NCBI GenBank assembly: GCA_025786725.1
Contig: JAHLTZ010000009.1
Coordinates: 558,001-622,000, forward strand
DNA: 64,000 nt
From: Syncephalis fuscata S228
Lineage: Eukaryota > Fungi > Zoopagomycota
Direction of reading: 5' to 3'
The translations under genes were made by a program, and so were the position numbers. Positions 54,232 through 64,000 of the stretch are shown here, one piece after another (positions within the stretch are counted from its first letter, which is position 1; the number at the start of each line of letters is the position of its first letter). The notes below the pieces were generated by a model. It made no database searches and was not told where the DNA came from. It saw only the letters and a list, made by a program, of their open reading frames with translations.

Positions 54232-54718
54232 ATGTTCGATGGCAAAGACGCAGCAATAAAAACTACACCAGACGCATCAGTTGTTTATGTTACTTGTCCA
54301 AACGAAAAGACTGCCAAAGAATTGGCCCATGGATTGTTACAAAAACACTATGCTGCATGTGTATCCATAATACCTGGCATTACTTCTATTTACTGTATGA
54401 CTCAATAGTTCTAAAGTATATTACACAGCTAATTGCCAATAAATATAGGGTGGAAGAATGCAATAGAAGAAGATACAGAATTGATTTTAATGATAAAAAC
54501 TACAACTGATTGTTTAGCCGCGTTAACAGACTACGTCAATCTACACCATCCATACGATGTACCAGAAGTTATTGCTCTTCCGGTAAAGTTTATGTACCAA
54601 CTTAAGTTATATTATACTAAGATTATTATAGATCCAAGGAGGTAATCCCAGCTATCTTCAATGGTTAGCCACAAGTGTTACATCGCCAAACAATGATAAT
54701 ACAAATAATACAGAATAA
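54232..54718 (+). CDS. cutA: CutA1 divalent-cation tolerance protein; 3 exons
   Basis: [16 protein letters not shown]...[14 protein letters not shown]|[17 protein letters not shown]...[12 protein letters not shown]|[11 protein letters not shown]. Confidence 0.92.
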
Positions 54719-55279
54719 ATCTGGTTTTATTTTATTTTGACTCCCACATCTATCCCCAAAGCACAATTTGTTCCAATCAAAGCCATGCCGTTATAATGCA
54801 CAACATAGTTATATTACTTCCTATTAAAATATTGTTAATAAATTGATTAAATAAATAATGTAACATACCATTTGATTTTATTAAAACATTTGAGGTTGAT
54901 TATTATTGTTGTTGGCTATGTGTAGAAAGGTTGATCAAATATTAATAGAAGCCATATGATTGCGATTCCATGCCATTCCGCATTTGTTGGTATTGTGGCG
55001 TTAATATATACATGCTATGTACCATTTTATTTTTAACTTTTAACTTTTAGTACTTGTTAATTGAGTTAAATAAACTGCATCATCATATAAAATATTGTGT
55101 GTCATTTAACAACAGTATACTATCTAATTAAATTTATCAATTATCATAGTATGATTTGTGGTTAAAATGGCTATTTTTAATAACATCCAATCTATTGAAC
55201 ATGATAGTGGGTGGTGAGTGACATCAGTCATCAAATACTTATTATTGTAAATTTATTATCCAGTATGCATATATCATCA

Positions 55280-56065
55280 CAGTATGTGTTATTACTATAT
55301 ATACCCGTCACTTTGCTTGATAAACATTAAAATCATAACTAATTGACATGATCTAATTTATTTATAAATAATCTTAATAAAACATAATTCCGTTCATATT
55401 CATATTATATGTTCTATCAATATAGTCCAGTGAACAAACTAAGTGCGATAAGTTAATTTTATTAATAAAAAAGCTGGAACCATACCGACAATGACTATAG
55501 ACAGCGTATTGCCAATATATAATAAAATGATAAACGTTATAATGAATATGCAATATTGAGCGAGATTAGCAATGTTCTAGTTATTGAGCACATATGCATG
55601 ATCAATGAGCGGAGTTAATCGACATTTATTAATAATAGTGCTAGAACAAAAATAAAAAAGCTTTGAATAGAGGAAGGCTATAAGAGTATATAATGATATC
55701 TAAAATGATAAGTGTATGGTAAGAAAGTACATAAAACAATGAAGTTATAGTGCATACAATGCAATGAGTTGAATAAGTGGAGTATATTGCTGCATATAAT
55801 AAATAGAATGTGTCTAGTGTATCTTAGAATGATATATAGTAGTGTGGGATAGAATGAAAATAATATAAATAAATGGTGGATATATACATATTGGATAATA
55901 AATCTATGATGATAAGTATTTTAAATCCTGATGTGAATTACTCCTAGTTTCATGTTCTACAAAAAAAAGTTTAATTTAAAGTGTAAATATTATTAAATGT
56001 AGTCATTTGACCACCAACAAAACAATAAATGACTTATAAACTGTTTAATGTGAAAAATATTATTT
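55280..56065 (+). repeat. Dispersed AT-rich repeat family, copy B (longest)
   Basis: The 5' part aligns to 27761-28090 and the 3' part (55850-56065) aligns to 62330-62515. Confidence 0.82.
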
Positions 56066-56737
56066 TATTTAGTTAATAAATAATGTAATATATACGATCT
56101 ATAAATTGAATGACATTGTACATAAAAGACTATGAATAAATTGAAATATAGATGAGGGAATGGTTCAAGTGGTGGAATAAAAGAAAGAGTAAAAATCAAT
56201 AGCATAAAAGCAAATATATTCATAGAGTATGTTATCAGTAAAACAATGGCTGTAATAAGAAGAATAGATAACAAACAATAGAGACAAATATATTCATAAA
56301 ACAATGTCACTGGTAAAATAAGAAGGATGAATATTAATGCATAAACAAATGTCATTATCGTAGAACATGATATTATAATTGACAGCTAAACTTTTAAGCA
56401 TTAAATTCGATATATAAGCAACAGTGTTTATTGAATGTTAAATAAAATACTTGTAAACATACCTATTCTAAACTACGCCTTGTATATATAATTAAATAGT
56501 GATTTACCAAGAAAGAAAGCAACAGAGCTAACAAAAAAGATTAGTGTAAATGGTTATACCTAACACACCACTTGAGTAAAATAAATGTTTAAATTATTAC
56601 TAATGCAATGCTCTGTTACATTTAATTTTGGCATAAAGGCAAAGCTCTCACAGAGTCGTTTTCCTTCTCACGCACTTTTACTTTTTTATTGATACTTTTA
56701 TTGCACAACACATTTGTTGATCGATCAACACAACACT

Positions 56738-57724
56738 ATGGCAAATCTAATGGATATGGCACTCGATGATGTGATTCGTCAAGAATCAACAGCCAAAAAG
56801 AGTAATGGTAATAATAATAACAATAGGCGTCGCAATACGCGTAACCAAAATAAAGACGGTGGTAATGTCCGCCGTCGAGATCGCGGCAATAATCGCCAGA
56901 CACCTTACGCACGATCGGTAAGGAATAATGTGGACAGCCATGCGAGACGAAGCAGTACTAAAGCCAATTGTCCGTGGGGGTCGATGTAGGCGCGACAGGG
57001 TAATTCAGATGAGACTTGGACGCATGATCTATATGAAGGCAAAGGTGCCACGCGTGCTCAACCAGACGCACGGACTGAAATTAGTGGAAAGAAAGATGGC
57101 GGGCAACAACAACAGCAATTTACCGTTAGCTTTCGCGGTGCCGCCTCATCTAACGGCACTAATGGTCAAGATGCTACTAGCAATGCCACCGGAAGCCGTG
57201 TGACCGTCAAAAATTTGCATTATGATGTATCTAAAGACGATTTGAATGTAGGTATATCATACAGAGCGATAGTCTGTGTTTTTAACTGTTTTTCAATTAA
57301 TGCTATTATAATAGGAGTTGTTTGGTAAAGTAGGCTCTGTCAAGAAGGTCTTTATGCACTATGACAAAGCAGGTCGATCGACCGGTGTGGCCGATATCAT
57401 ATTTGCTGATGGCGATAGTGCTCGGCGATCTATTGAACGCTACGATCGAGTCACGCTTGATGGTAAGCTGGTTATTAATAGTATATGCACTAAGTGAAAC
57501 TATGAAACTGATCTGGATTATTGATGGTTATAATAGGCAAACCAATGTCAATATCCTATACTGATGGTAAAGATAGCAATCGTGGTCGCACTTCGATTCT
57601 AGATCGATTGGGCGGTAAAGTGTAAGCATATTACATGAATTAGTATAAACATCATAATAACTAATATTTATTAATGTCTATAAATAGTACGAATAATGAA
57701 GGTAGTCCACGAGGTAACCGTCGC

Positions 57725-57755
<31 letters not shown>

Positions 57756-57918
57756 CAGCAATGGTTCAGGTCAATCAAATCAGCGTCGTCAACAACAAGG
57801 TCGTGGTCGACAAAATAACCAGCGAAGACGCAATCAGCAAAAACAAGAACCGAAATCGGCTGAAGAATTGGATCAGGAATTAGATGGCTATATGCAAGTA
57901 GATGTTCTTGCACAATAA
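56738..57918 (+). CDS. YRA1: mRNA export adaptor ALYREF/THOC4/Yra1 (RRM); multi-exon
   Basis: N-box MDMALDDVI, WTHDLYEG (WxHD), RRM VTVKNLHYDVSKDDL|ELFGKVG...HYDKAGRSTGVADIIF, C-box KSAEELDQELDGYM. Confidence 0.92.
57724..57753 (+). repeat. (CAA)n microsatellite encoding poly-Gln in Yra1
   Basis: caacaacaacaacaacaacaacaacaacaa. Confidence 0.9.
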
Positions 57919-59003
57919 ACTATACTACTATATCGCAGCTATATTGCTACTACATTATCCGCTGGTTTATCTGCTGCCAAACGTACATATCTTAATAGTT
58001 ATTGAATTATTTCAACGTTTTTTCTAAACATCACAGCAGTTATGCCGTATGATATAGTGGTACAAGCATGGAGAATATTATAACAAAAAATATGCAAAAT
58101 AAATATGTTAGTTGGGTCAATGAAGTGTTGTTCGATTTAAATTGATAATTTTATTATTATAAATATTTTTACGTAAAACCTAATAAATGGTCAATAATTT
58201 CATGCCTCGTATTAATAAGGAGTAAAAGACACAATATTAAATGTGCCATACCTACATTCAATCATATTCTTGGCGATGATCTTCCCAGCTAAGAATACTG
58301 TGAATTTACCATAATTGTATATGTTCTATGGCTCCGATTTATCAAAGTATTAATTGCCAAGAAAGCCACGGCAAATTTACTGCTCCGTTCCGTCCTGGTC
58401 ATATGCTTATTCGGTACAAATAGTCCAATGGCTGTGTCGTTAAACAGCTAGTGCCCCAATTCGGTCAGACTCCGACTTCAAACCGTTAATATGCGTGTCA
58501 CTTGAAACAACGATAACGGCGACCACCACGGCAACAACACGCTACACGCACGCTGCATAAAGAAAGAGGCATTTTTAGATATTGCCCATGTGGTATAAGG
58601 GAAAACGCGTGGATGGTCCGACAGAGTGAGAGTATATACAGCCGCGGACTTGACTCCTTGCTAACGGGCGTACACATCCCTTAATCTTTTCATTCTTCAT
58701 TTTAACCTTTTATACTAAACAACTGTAGTAGCATCTCTCCAATACTTGCTGTTTGTTGCTAGCTCTTTTATTACACTACTATTACTACCGTTATTAACGG
58801 CTATCTAGCGTCTTTGGTATTTTTTTATAATCAGACCTTTATTTGTTGATCTGCACAGTGTGTACTGCATTTCACTGAACATACACTACAGCTAGCCGTT
58901 GGTAGTACTAGCTGGCTGACCAATCTACAAGTAGTCCGGTCAAGTAACCAGGTACAGCTGTACAGTTGCATTTTTGCGTCTACTGAGCAATTATACGGCC
59001 AGT

Positions 59004-60403
59004 ATGGCGTTTACACCTTTAACGACTGCACATCAAGCGCAATGGCATCATGGAAAGCGATCCATGAGTGCAAAAGGGGCAACTGCCGCACAAACAAGTT
59101 CACTAGTTAATACATTGCGTAATTACTGGTACTGGGGAGAAACGAGTAAGTATTAGTAATAGTAGTATGTTGGCTGGACCATAATGCACTGTATTGTTTG
59201 CTGGTCTAAAGCGGTTTTATTAAAGTGTAGAATAACACAATAGCTAATATTTAATCGGCGTTATTTAGGAGTGACCAGCAGCATAGTATTCGCTCTATTG
59301 GTTGGACATTATGTGTTTCAATTGCCTGGTTTTGCACCGTTTGTTGAACTTCAACATCCTATTCCAACGGAGGAATTAAAAGATCCTAATGGTGGCCACG
59401 TTATCAACGAGGCTACTATGACTTTTACTATGTCGTTCATTGGATTGTTATTTTTACCTTTCTTAGAGCAGCGACGATGCAATGGCTATTGCGTCCGCTT
59501 GCTATCTCGCAAGGGGTTCGTGCACCGGCAAAGCAACAACGATTTATGGAACAAGGCTGGCTTGTAGTGTTTTATTCAATTTCATGGACGGCCGGCATGT
59601 GGATCATGTACAATAGCAAGCATTGGTTTAATACGGACGAGATGTGGCGCGAGTATCCATTCTATCAGCTAACACCAAGCATGAACATTATTATCTGATC
59701 CAACTGGCCTTTTGGTGGCAACAAATGATTATTGTTAACGTTGAGGAGAAGCGTAAAGACTACATTGTGATGTCAACACATCATGTAATCACTATTCTTT
59801 TGATTATGGGCAGTTACTATACCCATGTTACTCCTGTTGGTAATGCTATTCTATGCTGTATGGATTTTGCAGATATTTTATTATCGGTAAGCTATACAAC
59901 TGTTTAATAATACTAAACAACACTTCTAACCGCTATCTGCATTGCACTTTATGAATCTATAGACGGCCAAAGTATTTAATTATATGAAATGGCAACGTAC
60001 GACCGATACCTGCTTTATCGTATTCCTCGTGAGCTGGATTGTGACCCGTCATGGCTTTTTCAACATTCTTACCTATAGCGTGTACAATGACATGCCAAGA
60101 TTCAATACTATTCAATGGGATCCATCTCGTCAATACTTCCACACCTATGGTATCTACACTAGCTACATAGTCTTGTTGAGCGGTCTAGAGATTCTATGTA
60201 TCTATTGGTTCTACCTAGTGGTGGGCATCGTACGTCGTGTCATTAGTGGCCGCAAGCCCGAGGACACTCGTAGCGATAGTGAAGATAGTGGCGATGAAGA
60301 TGCAAGCAAGCAGAAGAAGAAGCAGCAGCAGAAGAAGGCAGGAAAGAAGCAACAGGCGGTGGACGCAGCACACCACAAGGCGTTGCCAGTACACAAGCTA
60401 TAG
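59004..60403 (+). CDS. LAG1: Ceramide synthase Lag1/Lac1 (TLC domain)
   Basis: RFMEQGWLVVFY, YYLIQLAFW, RKDYIVMSTHHVIT (Lag1 motif HH), GNAILCCMDFADILL, DTRSDSED; 1-nt indels at ~59397 and ~59682. Confidence 0.9.
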
Positions 60404-60664
60404 AAGAACAAACGAATGACAGACAATTACGCCGCCGCCAATAAATCATTGGGTATATTATTAGTTATCATAGTAGTGGTGTTGGTGATTTTTATACTGT
60501 CAGTAGTTGATATAATGATGATGTGATCCGGTGTGTTATGTATCAGCTTTAACGCTGCTGTATTGAGTTAATAAATTGAACATTCTTTATAAACAATAAT
60601 TGGTCAAGTTTCATTGGAAATCAACTAAAATGGCTTTATAAATTTATGATCTTTGCCTATCTGT

Positions 60665-61833
60665 TTAAGCCTTCTTTTGCTTGACTGGCGCCATTGGCAC
60701 AGCAGCTTGCATGGCACTCAACCAGCCAATGCCTACCATGAGAATAGCAATTAACAAAGCGCTAACAATCAGTCCCATCAATACACCAGTGGTAAAAATA
60801 TCATCTCGAGCAGATCGTGTATGAGACGATCCTACAAATAAAATCATATAGTTCTGCTTAAAACTGGTTTCCATTAAATCTACCATTGCGTGGACCACAC
60901 GAGCTGTTCAATCGATAAATTAATGATAAATAACCATTTGTATACCGTTAACTATTAGTATTACCTTGATGCTGTATCATAGATGCTCTCTTGTCGTTAC
61001 CAACGGCTGGTAGTCGGCCAAGCGAAAGTTTAATCAATCTTGGACCGCTATGCTCATCGGACACTTCGTTTAAATCGACCACAGCATCCTCTAATATATT
61101 TTAATATTAATAATACTATTTAAATAATATAATAAACTACTAGTACTTGCCATTGCCAGTCAATTCCATTACAATCGCATGACATGCACGCTTTACGTAG
61201 TGTTCCACGTCATGTTCGGTAATGCGAGCATGATCACCTTCCGAAAGAACTCGATGCTAAAGTTGGCATCAGTGCAAGTTATCATACTTACAATATACAC
61301 TTGCCTTTAATTCATCATTTAGCGGAAGAGCCGTCTCTTCAGCAGCTGGAGTGTCGGCATTCTATTGCAATCTCGTTAGTATATGTGCTGTTACAATTCA
61401 GCTGGATTTTTAAACTTACTTCAGGCCGTTCAATAATAAGTAGCGCTTTCATGCTGCATTCCCGTAGATATGTCTCCAAACGTTGTGCAGAGGCTGCATG
61501 CTCTCCAGTAGGCAAACGGAAAACATGCTGCTCTTCTTGTTGTTGTAGCAGCTTTTCTTGGTCCGTTGGATTATTCGGTAATTGATGTCTATGATGCATA
61601 CAGATTTAGCAAGTATATAATACAGAGATGCATTCGCTGTTATAGAGATCGTAGTGTACGTTGTCTATAGCCTAGTAAAAAACATACCTGACAGGTGACC
61701 AAAGTAAAGAAGCCACTTTAACAGCACCTCTACCGCCTTGCGAGGCCGATACTGGCTGGACAAAGGATTGCATCGTCATATGCAAACTCATGCCAATAAA
61801 GGTCCATAGAGCAATGCTGGACGCTGTTCGCAT
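60665..61833 (-). CDS. VOA1: V-ATPase accessory/assembly factor Voa1/Ac45-like type I membrane protein
   Basis: Signal peptide...LLWSP; C-terminal TM IFTTGVLMGLIVSALLIAILMVGIGWLSAMQ and dilysine tail KQKKA. Confidence 0.72.
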
Positions 61834-62329
61834 CCGACGAGGCAAAGAAAACACATAGTTGGTTTGATGGGTGAATTTGCACCAAAGTATACACCAGAGA
61901 TAAACAGAGAAAGAAGAAGCGGTAGTTTGTAAGAGATGTGGCGTAGTCGTGGTAGCATAGTAATAGCAACAGTGGCAACAACAGTAGCAGTAGCGGCAAT
62001 GAAACAAAAACGTTCAGGTGACGTGATGTCAAACAACCTTCATTCGTTTCCTCTTCAAATCATAAATGAAATTGGACTAAAACTGGCCCATTCGATGACG
62101 ATTATTACCAGAAATGCAGTTCATGTATATTGTGCATTTAATGCTATATTCTTTTATTTCATTATTCTATTGATGCAAGGGAGAGTATATTTAATTTAGT
62201 AAAATAATATAGATTCAAATGAATAATGTGTGTGTGTATGTTTAAAAGAATTGAATTGAAATCCATAAAGATATAACTACCAGAAAAAGAAAATTTATTT
62301 ATAAAATACATTATAGTATAATATATATA

Positions 62330-62515
62330 TATAATGGAAATAATATGAATAGATAGAAAATATATGCATACTGGATAATGAATCTACAATGATGAGTAGT
62401 TTGATGACTGATGTTACCCAGTTTCATGTTCAATTACGCGAATGCTATCCAATTTAGTCATTTATCCTCCAAATAATAATCAATGGCCAATAATTTTTTA
62501 ATTAACAAAAATAAC
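62330..62515 (+). repeat. Dispersed AT-rich repeat family, copy C (3' fragment)
   Basis: taatatgaat..tatatgcatactggataatgaatctac..agtttcatgttc..tagtcattt matches 55861-56010. Confidence 0.7.
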
Positions 62516-63470
62516 TTTAATGATATCATTTGCTGGTAACACCATTGGTGTTTATCTATAAATGCATGTGCAGTGCATTCGAATGAATGTGCGTGTGATA
62601 GATTCATTCCTAAGACTCGGTGTCATTATCGTATACATTGGGTGTGCATAGAGATACAAGTTTGCACTCGCACGATATACAAGTTTATTGTATATGACAT
62701 AAATTTTAATATAATACGCTACTAATGGGGCGATATTATCCAAAGTGAAACGGCCTGACCGCAGCTATGTTTAGTCATTTACTGCGTACAGTAGCTAGTA
62801 ATTAGCTGCAGTCCTCATTAATATTCCGTAAATACAATATAATATTTGTATCGATGATATATCTGTAAGCCAAGATTTCAAGCCATCTCTTTTACATTCT
62901 ACCCCGTGTCTCAAACATATAAATACACATTTCTTCTATATGCTAATTATGCATATGACACTTGTACTATCACATTGTTACATCTTTTTGACCCTAAATC
63001 ATTATGCAATGTAATTACTATGAAGCCCAAGAAGATTGATATGTCATATATTACATAGCGATCAGCTATTACACTTACCTTTGACTTGATTAATACTAGT
63101 AGATCTATAGTGCTAAATTATTTCAAGCATCCTGTAATTTCAGCATACCATACTCTAAAACTGGCCATTTACCAGGCCTTTATTCATATGGATACAAAAT
63201 AAGTTATTTGCTGTCATGCGGCTGGCAACAGGATAACAAACACACTGCTATCCCGTTTAGTATCATTGTTGCCCCAGTTGCAGTTTCTGACACGCACAAC
63301 AGGATTATTATCGTTGATCATTAGCTTGTTCATAGTATAATTGGTGCATGGTAGCCATGCCGTGCGCTCTTGATTTGCATCTACTTCTTGAACTCTTCCA
63401 TCAGTCTTTTTGTTTAACACACATCCGCGCATTATTTTACATTTTATTGCTGTTATCTAAAGTTTTTATA

Positions 63471-64000
63471 ATGCCAATCATTAATTATAATGACCCAAGA
63501 TACACAGAATGGATGAATAGCAACATACAAGCACTGGGGGCTCGTATTCATTTGCTTGGTGAAGTGTACATGCTTGATTTCTTTATGGATGCCACTGGCG
63601 ACATTCCAAACAACGCCTTCGAGTATCTGGTGTACAAACCCAAATTATAACGCACATGGTAGTGTTATGTATATTTGCACGCAACTTTATTGTGGCCGGC
63701 AAAATGGTCATATCACGGTCTCGTAGCATTGCATCGTGGTGCTGTTTAGTTCCATCTGTCTCGGGCATTATGTCGGTTTTATTGGCTATACTTATGTATT
63801 TGAATTTAGGCATTAATTGTCGGGCTATGGTATGGTTTTTCATATTCAATGTGTCATTGACAATGCTTGGTAATAGTTCAGTACTTTACAAAAAGTTTAT
63901 TTGATACTCTGTCGAAAAAAATGGATATTATACATTGGTATTCCGGCTATGATGGCACAGCTTGCATTTGTTTTCATTACCATTTATGACAGCTTTATTG
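63471..64000 (+). CDS. 7-TM orphan family paralog, truncated by window end, with 1-nt indels
   Basis: MPIINYNDPRYTEWMNSNIQALGARIHLLGEVYMLDFFMDATGDI versus MPAIDYNSHEYAEWINSDIKQWGIRLHPLGEMRIYDFFMEASGDI; KMVISRSRSIASWCC; NCRAMVW. Confidence 0.8.

Noticed and set aside
56065-56355. Hydrophobic 96-aa ORF
   Set aside because: Product of A-rich low-complexity DNA read antisense; no motif support.
58340-58680. GC-richer non-coding patch as ncRNA/tRNA
   Set aside because: No cloverleaf or box motifs recognised; its position with a TATA-like element (~58632) fits the LAG1 promoter.

Overview
This is eukaryotic, AT-rich, intron-dense fungal nuclear DNA with short (~45-90 nt) GT-AG introns and CTAA(C/T) branch points. 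The gene content (expanded 7-TM orphan family, signal-peptide-bearing kinase-like proteins, a Crinkler gene) suggests an early-diverging parasitic fungus such as Syncephalis (Zoopagomycota); this taxonomy is inference. Conserved housekeeping genes are WDR6/Trm734, a Rap-GAP, THOC1, TRM5, Sym1/Mpv17, GalE, an SLC25 carrier, DUF1295, an OPT transporter, a Rex1-type exonuclease, an MFS transporter, CutA, Yra1/ALYREF, Lag1 ceramide synthase and Voa1/Ac45. Lineage-specific candidate effectors are interspersed among them. The most interesting block is ~41-54 kb. It holds a nested foldback/direct-repeat structure, an internally deleted Mutator (MULE) transposase, an apparently intact CRN-type Ubl-NTPase-REase gene, a small secreted peptide resembling the arthropod single-domain VWC (SVWC) family, and two secreted pseudokinases. 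Many conserved genes carry single-base deletions in short homopolymers, most likely assembly errors. I recognised no rRNA, tRNA or CRISPR. Exon boundaries were read by eye and are approximate.
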